A stretch of DNA of 64,000 bases. It comes from Lama glama. Lineage: Eukaryota. Position numbers and translations under genes: made by a program. The stretch spans positions 3,784,001 to 3,848,000 of the forward strand of contig CM052818.1 of the NCBI GenBank assembly GCA_028534125.1, read 5' to 3'. The notes below the pieces were generated by a model. The model did no database searches and was not told the DNA's origin. It saw nothing but the letters and a program-made list of their open reading frames with translations. Shown piece after piece: positions 25,521 through 39,769 of this stretch (position 1 is its first letter; each line of letters starts with the position of its first letter).

Positions 25521-27829
25521 TAGAACTCCTAAAGGGAACCTCCTGAGACAGTGTTTTACTCTGAAGAGTAGCCCCAGTTCTGAGCATCTGGGGTGCCGTG
25601 GCAGGCAATTGTGGCAGGCTAGGCTTTGGGATGCCTCTTAAATTTTGACCATGCAGTTGGCCGCCCACCCCAAATTTACACAGGGTGATCCCTGCCCAGC
25701 TGGCTCTGAGGAGCCTCTGACATTTTCCTGGACTCGTCTGCTTTTCAGGTAAGGGCTACTATAATCCTGCCAGAGGGCCTCTCAAATTGAAACCAAAGGA
25801 AGACAGTAGTCAAAGCCCTGAAAGGTCATGGCTGATACTTGTGATCAGCCAGACATAGAAATGGAAAATTTATAGCACTCAAAATCTGGGATTCATTTAG
25901 GAGTAAAAAGCATTATTTAAGTCATCCAACCTCAAAATTGGTTTCAGGCCTCCACTGGGCCCCAGTGCTCTTCCTAATTACAGGACCACGTAGAGTTGGA
26001 TCTGAACTGAGACCATGACCCACTATCAACAGGCCTCCTCTCCATGGGGCAGGAAACACCTCACTAATTCGGGCTCGCTAATTAAATATTTGTGATAATT
26101 CTTCCCAGGCTCGGCTGAGCTTATGTTCTGTGGGTTTGTTAGGCTGATATTTAGAGAGAATATAAAGCAGGAATTTTTAAGAGGAAAAAAATGCATCTTA
26201 AATCCTTTGGAAAGAGGCAGGATATAAAATCCAGAACGCTTTTGTGGATTTCAGCAACTTCACTGTAAACAGAGGATGTTGCTAATGACCAACGAATTTT
26301 ATTTGTTCAGTGAAAGTGGACTCAGTAGGGACCTCCATTTGGAGAGACTGTGAGTGGCATCGCCTGATTCTTTTCTGTCCATTTACACTGTCCCTCCTGT
26401 TGCACAAACTCTGACCAGGACAGCAAAAATTCATCCAGGTGCCTGCATCCTTCTTGGCTTGAAATCCTTCTTGGCTTCCTCCTGCTGGTTATGTTGCTGC
26501 TCCTGGCTTTCTGCATTTACTTCCTGAACACTCTTCTGGTCCCAGGCGCTCCCATTCCTATGGGTTGATGCGACCTTTGGAACTACCTTGACCTTTGTCT
26601 CCTTTGGCTGCATGGCCTGCTCTGTGTCTTCCCCAAATGGTCAGTCTTTTACCAGGCCTCCCTCGACACGGGGCAGGGAGTGGACTGGAGCAGGTGATCA
26701 CATTTACCTGACAGGGATGAGGCTTCCACTGAGGAAATGATGAATCAGGCTTTTTGTTAATTTGCTTTGTGCTCCCTCTTCCCCTGCCTCAATTTAGCTC
26801 CAACTCAGTAAGGCTATCCTGTGTAAGTAACTCTATTTGCTGGTTTGGCTAGGGCAGCCGGGGAATGTTAGCTGCCTTCTTCCTGTTTGCTTGCTTTGGA
26901 AGGACTGAGAGCTTAGGGCCAGGAGGGTCCCTGGACCACAGGGAAGAGCACAATGCTGGGAGAGCCTTCACCTCTTGGCTCAGTAGGAGGCGAGGATGTG
27001 AAGACCTCCAAGATACTGCCCTTACACATGACCCCAAATTCTTTACTTCCAAGGACCGAAAAGAAGGCAAATTTTCCAAGGAACTCTGATCCACACTGGA
27101 CATGAGCAAAAGGCGAAGATCCTCTTCCTCCAGGTAGTCCATCCCACCGTCTTCTGCCTCCCAACTAGTTTCTCTGAGACCCCGCTTGCCCCTTTTCCTA
27201 ATCCACCTTGTTGCTAAGATCCAAAATGCTGACGTGGCCAGCAAGGTAGGTCCTGAATGGCCAGCCTCCTCTCCTGCTCCTCCACTCTCCCCACCCTCTA
27301 GTCCTGCAGCATCCTTTCAACTCCATGATCATCTCTACTTCATGGCCTTTGCACGTGTTCTGCCTGGAACACGCTTCCCCCCCCCCCCCGAACTTTGCTT
27401 GGCTAAATTCTGCTCATGCCTCATGTCCCAGCTCAGTGCCTTCCTTGGAGGGGTTTTCCCGCCCACGTCCCATCTCAGCGAGGCCCACCTGGGACTCTCT
27501 TTCACAGTCTCCTGCCCTCTTCCTCTTCCACCTTTGTCATTATTTATTTGTGCTTTTGTCTCTCTCTTTGCTACTATACTGAGAGCCCTCTGCTGACCAC
27601 TGTATTTCCTTCACCACCCGGGGCCTGGCCCACAGAAGGGCTGCCAGGGTGTTTGTAAAATAAAGCAGCAAAGAAGCAGACCCTGCTTCCCAGGAACATG
27701 GCGGAATACCTGTCAGGTACCACATGAAGCCCCATGAGCATTATAATCCTACTGGTATCCTGTGAGTGAGCTTAAAAGTCCACCTAATGGGCACAGGGTG
27801 GCCATTGTTCTAATAGCCATGGTTTATCC

Positions 27830-28010
27830 AGGCCTTCATAAGTTATCCTAAAACCTCACCACAACCTTGTAAGGTAGGTGTCATTACCCCCATTTCAAAG
27901 ATAAAGAGTTGGATGCTCTTGAAGGCTAAGACCCTTCTCCAAGGCTGTCCACACAGGGTCAGGATTCAAACCTAGATGGATCGGACTCTGAAGCTGGTGT
28001 GCTCTCCCCT
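27830..28010. mobile_element. MIR SINE
   Basis: cctcaccacaaccttgtaaggtaggtgtcattaccccatttc...caggattcaaacctaga. Confidence 0.7.
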
Positions 28011-29816
28011 CAAGGCTGCTGCCCTTGGTATTTCTCTGGCCTCCAAGCATTATAGACTGTGGGAGGTGGTGATACCCAGAGGAGCTTCTCCCCGTATGAT
28101 CCCAGAACTACAGCAAATTCAGGCAGAGAACCTAAGTAAGCCCTGGGCGTCCAGACAGTCTAAAGACAAGAAAGGTAATTTATGCTTAGTAAAAGCGATC
28201 TTTGCTCAATCTCTGAAGACCCTGCAGTGGGTGGGGGGCTAGAAGTTTGGCCCATTCCCCCTTCAGCCTCCATAGTCACCAGTATCCTCCCAGTTCACCA
28301 AGGAAGAGAAGTCTTGAGGCTGAGAGAGGTGGCTGGGAGCCAGGCAGAGGAATGCCACGGTGCGGCAGTGCGGGGGCACGCGGAAAATCGGAGCAGCTCA
28401 CTCTGCTCTTCTGGGCCTTTAGCTGTAAACTGGTACAGGAACGGATAAGCAAAAAGCTCAGTAGAAATAGCAATGATCCTTGTCCTCTTTTTGGCCATCA
28501 CAATTTCCACCTGGTCTTTCCATGTTTCCCAGCCTTCTTTCTTTGAGGGCAGAGACATTATCAAATCATTTGGTCTAAAAGAAGCTTCTGGGATAGCATC
28601 AGACCCTTGCCAGGTGTTCAAGAGCTAAGCTGTCCGAAGGGGTTGAAGAACCACATTGTGAGGTTATTCTTTCTCAGCTCAACTCTCTCCTCCTTTGTTT
28701 CTCCCCCACCCATGAGGTTAATGCCTCTGGGAGTGTGCTGAGCTGAACTCCAGAACTTCTTTGCACTGAGACATCCTCTTCCTATGCCTCCACTTGGGGC
28801 ATGTTCGGCCCACCACTGGGTCTGGTATTCTCCACTTCAGGAGTCCTCTGTAAACATCTTGTGCAAATCCCACTTCAGATGGATCCAGGAGAATCCAGGA
28901 GAGAAATTCCCTAGATATCGGCACCCAGTAACTCAGTATCGTTATCTATCCTTTTGAGGTCAGGGAAAAGAGCTCTCAGGATTGTTAAATTTGGGGAAGG
29001 GGACACAGGAAGGTCAACTTTTGATGGGAATCCAGGAGGCAAAAGGATAAAAGTGTCTACTGCACTAAAGAGAAGGGATGGGAGGGGCCCTGAGCTTGGC
29101 TGGGAGAATCCCAGAAAAATGAGGAAAAGTGGTACCAAAGATATGTCCACGCATCTTTTGACCTAGGGCTTCCCTTCCAAATTTGTGCAAATTGCCCAGG
29201 AAAAACTGGTTTGATCTCCAAGAAGCTCTCTGTTCATATGTTATTCACCCAGTATAGTGTGGATTCATCACAAAGTGTTGAATACTTAGGAATACTTTCA
29301 TAGAAGGGAGTGGAATTGAACTCCTCTGTCCCATGTGTCATTTTCAGAGGAAAAGGACATTTTCAAAGCTGTCTGATTTACGTGCTTTTGGAAGGAAGAG
29401 CAGGATCTGAATCAAGAGATGCACAGGTCCGAGGATTGCTGTGCAGGATGGGGTGATAATCCTTTATGTTCTCATGAAGAACATTAGCCTGAGCTCACGG
29501 TGGGGTATCGAGGAACTCTGTAGTGTAATGGGACGCAAGGCTATTTTCTGAAGCTTTGAAGTAGGACATTTTCTGGCTGAGGTAGGATTCGGGGGCAAGG
29601 GAGACGACCAGGGAGGGAAAAAGGTGGTAGAACTAAAATGAAGAACAGCAAGAGGACATGGTTCTTTGCATGAACAGAATGGTTCTATGAGGAGCTGTAG
29701 CCTAAATTAGAGGCCAGTAACCATCTCGATTACCATCAGCCCATTTTCAAAGCATGTCGACACAATCCAGTCAATAAAAACAAACAAACAAACAAAGAAA
29801 CAGCAGGGTGGAATCG

Positions 29817-30491
29817 ACCTAAATGTCCATCGACAGATGACTGGATAAAGAAGATGTGGTATATTTATACAATGGAATACTACTCAGCCATGAAAATAAT
29901 AAAATAATGTCATTTGCAGCAATACAGATGGACCTGGAGATCATCATTCTAAGTGAAGCAAGCCAGAAAGAGAAAAGAAAAATACCATATGATATCACTT
30001 CTATGTGGAATCTAAAAAAAAAAAGACACAAATGAGCCTATTTATAAAACAGAAACAGACTCACAGACATAAAAAACAAACTTATGGTTACCGGGGGGAG
30101 AGGGGGTGTGGGAAAGGCTAAATTGGGAGTTCGAGATTTGCAGATACTGCGGAGAGGGTATAGCTCAAGTGGTAGAGTGCATGTTTAGCATGCACGAGGT
30201 CCTGGGTTCAATCCCCAGTCCCTCCTCTATGAATAAATAAATAAATAAATAAACAAACAAACAAACCTAATTACCTCCCACCCCCCAAAAGATTTGCAGA
30301 TACTAACCACTATATATAAAATAGATAAACAAGAAGCTTATACTGTGTAGCATGGGGAACTATATTCAATATCTTGTAGTAACCTATAATGAAAAGGAAT
30401 ATATTATGTATATAGGTATGACTGAAAGATTATGTTATACATCAGAAATTGGTACCACATTGTAAACTGACTATACATCAAGTAAAAAAAG
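29817..30491 (+). mobile_element. 5'-truncated L1 hosting a nested SINE
   Basis: acctaaatgtccatcgacagatgactggataaag through ttgtaaactgactatac. Confidence 0.92.
30149..30289 (+). mobile_element. Vic-1-like SINE nested in L1, 15-bp TSD
   Basis: tRNA-Ala-like head, (AAAT)n(AAAC)n tract and cctaattacctccc tail. Perfect TSD agatttgcagatact at 30134-30148 and 30290-30304. Confidence 0.95.
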
Positions 30492-30609
30492 AACACACAC
30501 ACAACAGTGATTTCAACCTACTGCTTTCAAGAAGGTTGTCAGTCATGTAAACCTGACTTCTTTGAGATTCAGGTATAATATTCATACACAACCTGGCCAA
30601 AAGGGCAAT

Positions 30610-30844
30610 ATCTTTTTTTTTAATTCTTATTTTTTTATTGAAGTGTAGTCGATTTACAATGTTAGTTTCAGGTATACAGCAAAGTGATTCAGTTATACAT
30701 ACATACATGTATATGTAATATATATATTTTTTCAGATTATTTTCCATTATAGCCCATTACAAGAAATTGAATATAGTTCCCTGTGCTTTTCAGTAGGTTC
30801 CTGTTGTTTATCTGTTTTATATACAGTAATGTGTATCTGTTAAT
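30610..30844 (-). mobile_element. L1 3'UTR fragment with TSD
   Basis: TSD caaaagggcaat at 30598-30609 and 30845-30856. Confidence 0.9.
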
Positions 30845-33800
30845 CAAAAGGGCAATGTCTTTTATCGGAATGAAAGGAAAATTCCCAAAGTTCATATGCC
30901 TTGGAAAAGGAAATCCTATTTCCTTCTTAGACTTGCTCGTGCCAGAGAGAACCTGGAACCGGTATTGATACAGGTCATTTTTCAAAGGCTATTGACACAG
31001 CTGGTTTTTAAAGTTACCTTAGGTGCTATCCAGAAGCAGGGGCCCTGGCCATATTGTTACCATGGACAGCATCCAACCTGCCTGTTGGCAGGACAGTGTG
31101 GCGATAGGAGCATAGTTTATGCAACAGAGTTTAAAACTCAAAGGGGAAGAGTGGAGGTGTGGCTTCTGCTCACCTGCAGTAACCCAAAGGCTAACTGGAA
31201 TTTGGTATGTATTTGGTATACATCTACATCTGAGATTAAACAAATAATCTGTAATGCTGTAATTTTTAGCCATTTTCTCCTCTAGGTAATTCATCTCTCT
31301 TTTCCTAGTTTTCCGATACTCTTTGACATCTGTTTGATTTATGCTGACCTAATGGACCCAACACACAATGAAAATAAGGAAAATGATTTCATTTTAGCAA
31401 ACCTCCTGAAAAATTAAAACATTACTTTTGGTCATGATGATGATGATTCTTGAAGCGTTGGCCCTTGTTCGAACTAAGTTACAACGATGCCCTCCCAGTT
31501 TGGATCAGCCTTACTGGCACTTAAAGGGGACAGCTCTGAGTTACTTTGCTCATGCAGAGGGCTGTCCTTCCGAGGAGAACACTTCTTTATAGTTCCACTG
31601 TGTAATGAAGTAAGAAAGCTCAGAACCGCCATCTCTCCAGGTTGGTAAATTAGTAGGAGGGGAAACTCCCCAATCCAAAAAGAGTAAACAGTGAGAAGGG
31701 AAGGGAAACTGTAGGGGGCTTAGAAAGGGAGATGCTTCCTGAAGAGTCACAGGTAGCATCTGGGTGATGTTGACAGAAAAGGTTGCTTCTAGTGTTATTT
31801 ACAAAGAGGGGCTGGCTGAGTAAGACATGGCCCTTCCTCTGGTCTGTCAGTGTCCAAGTTGATGGTCATTGAGTCAGTCTTGTCTTTACAACTTTCCTTC
31901 CTATCCATGCATCCTTGACGTCATCTCAAGGTATAGATCATTGTCCCACCAGCACAGCCCCCCGGGGGCCTTCTGAATAGAGGTGACCCGATGCCAGCTC
32001 AGAGCTGCTCTGGGCTGGAGGAGACCCCTTTCCTTGCTTCTTTAGGACCCACAGGGACCCCCAAAATGTGGAACATGAGGGACAAACGTATGCATTCTTT
32101 AAATAAATGAAAAGGTGCCACTTCTCCTTATATCTGAAAGTGTATTTAAGAGTGAACAAGGAGCAGTTTTAGAAAGTGATTATAAAATTGTAATTTATGC
32201 AAGACAAAACCTCAGAGAAGGTTCTGGGCTGTGCGAAAATGGTTTACAGACCACAGATGTCGGAGTCCCCACCACTTCAGAACACACCCCTCTTTGTGAA
32301 GAAGAATCCTTTAAAAAGATGATATGCCAGGGCCGGGATGATGGGGCTGCCCTGCCCTAGTCTGAGGAAACCTACAAAGGACGCCACCTCTTCCACCTTG
32401 GAAACTAGACAAGGTGCGTCCAACACCATTTCACTCCTCGGCCCCCTTCTCACCATCCAGCACATCTGAGGTCATTCCCCACCCACTCTCCGGCCTGCTG
32501 TCCTTCTGACTGATTCTAGAGTAGCCTATGAAAGAGTCTCTGGGGGAAAAGACAGTTTCCTTGGGTTGTTTTTATTCCTAGAGTTCATTACTGTTATAGA
32601 GAATAACTAATGTATTTATAGTTTTGCAGTAGGGACAGATGGGTACAATGAAAAGCTCTGTCAGTCTGGAAACTGACACTAGGAACCCATCACTGTCTAC
32701 GCAAGTCCACTGAAAGAATATTGCACGTTGGCTTTTTAAGCTCTCAATGTTTTTCACTTTTAAGGGTTCAAATCTTAGGTCAGCCTGCCAGAAAACATTA
32801 CCTCAGCATACTCTGTCACTGGGTAAAGAAAAAAATTCTGAACTAAACGAAGATTGAATTTCATACCAAAGCTCTCATAGTCTAAAAGCTTTCATACCAA
32901 AGCCAGAGTCTAAAACCCTTGGGGGAATCACTAGACAAAAAGGATGAAAAGACCAGAAAACGATATTTAGTGATGTGACCTTGCAAATGAGTGTCTTGGG
33001 AGACGTGGGCCACAGAAGTGAAGGTTGTGCTGGATGTAACATAAGCAGAGGTGGCCACGGCGGAGAGCCGTCATGTTCCCGTGTGACCAGCCGCTCACAC
33101 CTCCTCCTCTGGGCTTTGATGTAATGTGCTGGAACATTTCCCTACCCACCAGGAAGTCTAGCTGGGACATCACCGCCCCAGTTTTACAATCACCCCTTAA
33201 AGCATACATCTGCTTCTCTCTCTTTTCTTAAATCACCCCTTTTTCATTAAGTAAAAGCAATTAAGGGCATCACAAACTTTATGGAAAAAAGATAAAAGAA
33301 AGCCTTAGGTACCCCATCCCAACATGACCACCGTTAACATTTATTTTATTATAAATATAAGCTATATGTTTATTTCCACATTTCACCATTTTCACATTTT
33401 AGTGGATCCCTTTTTTGAGTGGTGCAATAAGAACCAGTGATCTTTTTCTCCTTTCTTTTTTTTTTTTTTCTAGAGGGGAAAACTGAATCCAGGCCAACTT
33501 TAATCAACTTACTGACAGTCTCTCCTTGATGAGCTGTCCCATGATTCGAACTAAGACCCCACTAAATGCCTTTTACTTTATTTCTTGGTGCCCCTTTTTG
33601 CTCTTACTTACGTTAAAAGTTGAATTGTGATACAGGGACAAGATGGGGCTTTATCTGGAGAATATAAAAGAAATAATCTTTCATTTTGGAAGAAGGGCCA
33701 ATAAAACCCTCAAACTCTGAAATGTTATGAGATTTTACTGTATTTTAGGTGCATAAAATTTGTATAGATACTTTTTGAAAGGTGTCTTTAAGTCAGTTTC

Positions 33801-35339
33801 AATGGGACACGACTATTTTGGGGAATAGGGGCCACCGAGTTCTGGTCCTCTGTAATTGTAGGGTCTCTTTACAGCCCCTGAGCAACAGGCAGCTGTTACA
33901 TATATATACGTATAGTGTCATTTAAAAGCTCCACGTTATTGGAAAAAAAACCCCAAGAAAACAAAGAATGCCTTCCCATATGTTTCTACTTAGCGTATAA
34001 CTGAATATTGCTGAAGTCTTTTCTGTAGAATTCCATCCACCTCCTCTGTTCGGCACATAATGTTTTATTTAATACATCTTCAATTTATTAAGATGGTTCA
34101 TATGAGCTGTATTCCCAGGACATGCCACATAAAATCACCCTTTGTATCTGAGGTAACGATGATCTCTTTAAGAGTCTCAGAACAAATCTGATACAGAAGA
34201 GAGGAATCACTGGAGCGCAGGGACCTCCAGGGGTCAAATGCTCCATCTTTTAATTTCATGGTGAATTAGGCCTGGCTCCCAGCACTCTCCGCTCAGGGAG
34301 AAGGTGATGGATCCTGCCTTTATAATCCACTGGAAGACAGCCAACAACTTACTACATAAATCCATTCCAAGAAGTACATGGAACTGAAGCTAAGAAATGG
34401 AATACATGTTTTGAAAAATTGTTTTAAAGAAATAAACAACAATACACACACCTGCTTTCAGAGCAATTATTATAACTCATGATGATTATATGGTACAAAG
34501 AAGGCTTTTATATTCTAGATACAAGCTGTGATTTTCCTTGTGTCTCAGACTCAGAGATTTCAAAGCAATGACTTGTTGTTCCTCAACACTATGTGGGAAA
34601 ACCCTTAGTTAGCAAGTCTATTTACCTACATTTAAGCACTTCTCATCATTTCAGGCACCACTGGGAACATTTGGTGGATGAGGGAACCTAGTTTCAGAGA
34701 ACGATACTTCAATTGTAACTGTTCAATTTTGCTCCAGAAACGCAAAGTCCGGCACAGCCTTGTCCGGTGGACTCTCTCAGTAGTTCTGTGGGAAGAGAAG
34801 GTGGCAGGAAACATCGCCCCCTTATATGTTTGGAAAAACTAAGCCACAAAGAGGAAAGTTTGGGCTCAGCTCCAAAGTTTCTTGGCCTCCCTATGTGAGA
34901 CTGTCCTGGCTTCCTATGTGGATATGTCTGTTGAATATTTTTGCCTCTTCAATAAGCGAAACCATCAACAACATGAATGTTAACCAAAAGAAACTTCGAG
35001 TTAGCTGGCCTCTTATGTTTTTAAATCAAAGCTCTAACTCTGAGACTTTAATAAATGCAAAAAAGTTACTGTCCTCAGGACAGAGAGACAGTTTCTCTCC
35101 AATAACAATTTCCTGACAGGGTACTGCGTTGGTTTTCAATAGCTAAAACTCTTGTTCAAAAAATACACAGGAAGGATGGAGATGATTCTGGAAGAGCTCA
35201 ACATAACAGGAGAGGGGAACTCCCTGGTGGTGGAGGAGGCTGTGGCCAAGCTCAGAGCCGCTTGCCTAGGCAGCTGCTGCCTCGGATGGACAACAGGGTA
35301 CATGGGCATTTCCCACCACAGGTACTAAGGATGCCTGAT

Positions 35340-35725
35340 GCATGAGACAGTGGAGTCAGGATGCTAAAGAGAACTGGACAAGCTGGAGCAATAAGCTAAA
35401 TTAAACCATTTAGGTATTTAGGATTAAAAGCCAGGTCTAGCACCTAAGCAAGAAAATCGATTCTGGTGTGGGGGGCCCCCTAGCCCAGTCACAGCTGGGG
35501 TGAAGAGGATCTGGGGGTTTCAGACTATCTGGTCCAATCAAGGCAGTGATGTGACTGCCCATGGAAAGCTAATGGGTTCTCAGGCCACCTTGGGAAGCCA
35601 GCGCCCCTCCCTCGGGTGACCAGTCTGTTCCATTCTGCTCTGTGGTGATGAGATCCCAGCTGCTGGGCAACTGGGGGCACCTCAGTCAGGAGGCTGTGGA
35701 CCGACTGGGAAGCCTCCTAGGAAAG
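35340..35725 (+). mobile_element. CR1/L3 LINE remnant
   Basis: actggacaagctggagcaat, gaggatctgggggtt, cagtgatgtgactgcc...aagctaatg and gaccgactggga resemble CR1 RT 3' text. Confidence 0.6.
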
Positions 35726-38304
35726 CTATTTGATCATAAGCATCGACTGAGCTCCTTGTTAAAAACACAGAAGCCAGACCCTTGGACCTACTGAATCACA
35801 ATTACCAAGGGGATCATTTCAATTACACTGAAAGTTCTGTGCTACATGAAGATGATGAATTTGTTCAGAATATAGCACAGTGCCTGGCTCGTGGTAAAGC
35901 ACCCAATTATTAGCCATGCAAAAAGTGGTGAATAAATGAAGATCTACTCTCTGCCAGTTGACTAAGGAAAACTGATACCATTTTCATCGGTGACATGTGT
36001 GTGTATGTTTCTCACGCTGGTGGCCATTGGGATATTAACTAGCTTCAAGGTCCTTAAAGCAGAGAGATTACTCTTTCTCCTTTTGGAGAACTTCTGGTAG
36101 GAAGTTTGGGGAGGTAGATTTGCACAGGGAAGTTTTCTAATCACAGCAGGGGTTTATGGCCCATTTTGCTTATGAACTGGCTTGGACTAAGCTCCCAATA
36201 TCACGGTAGGACTAACAGAACTCTGAGAAGGAATCTGAGGACTTCGCAGTAAGAGCCTGGCTCTAGGAAAAGCTGTCCATCAGTGGTGGATGGGGCAGTT
36301 GTGATCTTTGGTTTCGCTGGTTTAAATCTTTAAAGCATCAATTAAGTCGATGAAATAAAAACAGTAACAGTCTGAGCACTGCAGCTCTTAGCAGAACTAG
36401 GAATGGGTTTCCTGATGTCAACACAGGGCTTCCGCCTTGTCTTCATCGGATCCGGGCTTTTCAGACCAAGGTCTCCCCATCCTTTGGGACCATTCTTTCC
36501 CCCTCGAGGGGCCCTCCGCCCCAGTTACGCGGTGATCTAGGTGGGGCAGGGATATTTAACAGGGCTTTGGTTTTCTGTTAGCCTTTTATTAATGCTGTAA
36601 GTTACAGAGGCCAGATGTTCTCGGCTGGGTTCCACCGTCTACGCTGGGTTCCTGGCTGTCGTGGTTTTGTTCCCTCTATGATTTCTGACTCCTGCTGAAA
36701 GCTGGTCGAAGTCGAGGCCGGAAGTACCCCCACCCCCACTCCCCACCAGGCTGCTGCAGACAGACTGGAGTAGGTGCTCAGTGAGGAAGCGACCAGGCAG
36801 GCCCTGGCCCCCTTGCAGGGGATTTTCCCAGCAGCTTTCTGCTCTTAACCTGCCCTTGTCACTTTCCGAGGAGGCCTTTTTCTAAGCAGTCTGAATCCGT
36901 GACTATGGCACGTTGAATTGATTACTTTTAGATTGTCAAGCACAATGCAACTCCCTATTGACTTATCCTTAGTGTGAAAAGATAAAAAGATACCCAACTC
37001 CCTAATCTGACAGCTGCAGAAAAACCTTAAAATTCCCAGCTGTCAATTACTATTGCCTTTAGCTCAAGTATTCTGAAAATAAATTCACTTTAGAAATTGA
37101 CCCAGGACTTGTAAACTCTACTGTGGCTGAATCCTGCCAGCTTAATTTTAATCAACAAAGGCGTGGGGGTGGTTTGGTGCAATATTCCCACGAGGGCTGG
37201 GAGCACGGGCTGTGCTAACCTTTGCCTCCTGGGTGGACACTGTTCTATCGAGGGATCTCTCCCCAAGTTCCTCTGCGTCTTCTTAAGGGAGCGCAAGGAG
37301 ATGGAATCTTTTGTACTGGATTCGCAGGGGATTAGGAGTCACCCTAAGAAAACCTGCCCATGAGATAACCCGGGGACCCTTCCGAAAATTAGCTCCAGGA
37401 ACCAGCCGGAGGCCAGTTCTCTAGGCGCTCAGCCTGGCCTGAGGACAGCAGATTCACAAGTCATGTGACTGAAAGGGGACAGACATTTTTAATGATTTTT
37501 TTCTCTATGAGAATGCAAGCTTTATAGGGAAGACTGTCATTTCTGCATATCCCCTAATGCCTAGAAAAATAAGCAAATTGTCTGTGTAAGAATATGCCTA
37601 TCACACACAGACCCTCCCCCACGTCTGTTCCTTGTCCTGGCCAACCGTTGACCTGTTGATCGATAAGGTCATTTCTCACAGTGACAGTCATGAAAGCCGT
37701 CACCACCGTGCTAAGCACTTCATGTACAATATGGCGTTTAACCCTCAGAACCTTCCCACCATTTGCCGGGTTCAGAGAGGGTAGTGAACCAACCCCACAC
37801 AGTGCGTCGGAGAGCTGGGCTGCAAACCTAGCTGTCCATTTCTGCAAAGTCTTTGTTCCTCTGCGCTCAGCTAAGCGATTCAGCTGAGCCCCAAATTAGT
37901 GTTATCCATACAGAAATAATCACGTGAACTTGAACTCTCCGCGCCTCACACTGTACCCCTGTAACAGACAAGAGGATGCTGGATGCATCTCTGTGACCTG
38001 GACTTCGGCCAGCGGCAGGGATGGGAGGCCCTGAGGCCCTAAGCATTTTTGGTGGGAACTGCTGACTGGCGAGATGGACGTCAATCCTTGGCAGGAAGTT
38101 AGAACAGGTCATTACACAGATGGTTTGTGAGTTCCAAGGACAGGAAACAGTGGTCGTCCCTTTGAGCCAAGGTTTGCAGAGAGTGGATCGGGGCCAAGCC
38201 TCATTTTTTTTTTTTGCAAGTCTTACTGGATTCATAGATGGGGGCTGACAGATGTAGTTTATCTGCATTTCAGCAAATCATTTCACACAGTGTTTCACAG
38301 CGCA

Positions 38305-38960
38305 TTTAGAGAAAAGATCGACAGATGTGGGCTGGATGTCTAGCTGCAGTTGAGATGGTTTAGAGGAGGTTGAACAAACAGCACCCAAAGGTGCAAATGA
38401 ATGCGGCCATGACAGTGACCACTTGTTCTGTGCCATACACAGGGTCAAAGGTGTAGCTAGCACTTAGTAAATATTTGTTGGTCATATTAAACTCAGGGGG
38501 ATTTTAGTGGCCCTGTGAAAGGGCTCTTTCTTTGACTTAGTAAACATTTACAGAACAGATGGGGAGTCCAGGGAGTGGACGGAGCAAGGTCGGTGGATGG
38601 AGGGAGGGAGAAGTCAGGTCCAGTGCTGCCCATTTTCTTAGACCCCGGGAGCTCAGCCTCACACACGGTGATGACAGAGGACAGCTATGGGGCTTTTGCT
38701 GTGTTTGGACTCACTATTTCACAAGCATCTAGGAATTCTGAGGTGGAGACTACTGTGGGAAAATTGTGTGTGTGTGTGTGTGAGCTTGGTTTTCTGGCTC
38801 ACTGGCCACCTAGAACCAGATCATCTCCACTTATCTGTTGTCCATATTGGGCTTCTGGTAAGAATTTCATTTTAAGAAGGAGTTCTGCTTTTGGCTAAAG
38901 AATGCTTGAAAACCACAGACTCTGATGGTATCTAAGATTCCTTCTAGCTCTAAAAATTAA
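38305..38960 (+). mobile_element. CR1/L3-like remnant(s)
   Basis: atgtgggctggatg...gttgaacaaacagcacccaaag and terminal tctaagattccttctagctcta. Confidence 0.45.
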
Positions 38961-39769
38961 GTGGTTCTTAAAAACTCCATGGGAGGAGGGAGTGCTAAAG
39001 GCAAACTCTAAAACACATCAGCCTTGTTTCCCGTTTTCCAGGTTCCAGGTGAACCTCCCGGACTGCGCTCAGTCTCCTTGGCAGATCTCTAGGAGTGTCC
39101 CCACCGCGAAGCCTGCCATCTTGTTTTTCGTCAGTGCTCCTCCCAGTACCCTCTCAGCCCCCGAACAGCTAGTCTTCCTGTAAGTTTCCCGGATCAAATT
39201 GCCTTCTTAAGCATCAATGACTGACAGTTCCATTTACCCAGTGCAGATATGTGCATTGTTAAAGACCCAGACTGAGGAGAAGACCTCTAATTGGTAGCGT
39301 TTTAAGCAGCGTGGCCCAGTGAAGACTTGGACGGAGGGAGGGAGGGAGGGAGAGATGTTTTGGGTTAGTGGAGCCTCATGGATCTATCTAGAGAGGTGTG
39401 GCCTTTTGCCCAGGCTCATTAGTTCATTCAAAACTATTAAAAAAAAAATCTACACTCCCAGCCAATAATGACTGAGCTCCTTGTTCCCCTTAATCTCCCG
39501 ATATGGTTTGTTGTCAACTTTGGCTTCTCTGTTATTTTAGTAGGTGAAGGTGATACTGCAGTGCAATCCAATTTTCATTTCTCCTATTACAACAGAATAC
39601 ATGTCACATTTATACAAATAAAGTAGTTTTTGTTTAAAATAAACTATTTTTAAAACCAAGGGCTAGGATTCCACTAGGCACTAGAGGTAAATATTGAGTA
39701 AAAGCAATCTCAATTTCTACGCTCTCTATAAAGCTTACAGTCTGGGGAGAGGCCGTGACTTCACTTAAA

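Noticed and set aside
26368..26566. Plus-strand frame encoding a TM-like peptide (WLEILLGFLLLVMLLLLAFCIYFL)
   Set aside because: There is an upstream in-frame stop, no start codon before the hydrophobic stretch and no convincing acceptor. It is antisense within an intron and is explained by CT-rich sequence plus a 14-bp duplication.
30149..30226. Apparent tRNA-Ala gene (also at ~1005, 22213 and 55291)
   Set aside because: These have AT-rich SINE tails, TSDs in two cases, and substitutions relative to tRNA-Ala; they are SINE heads.
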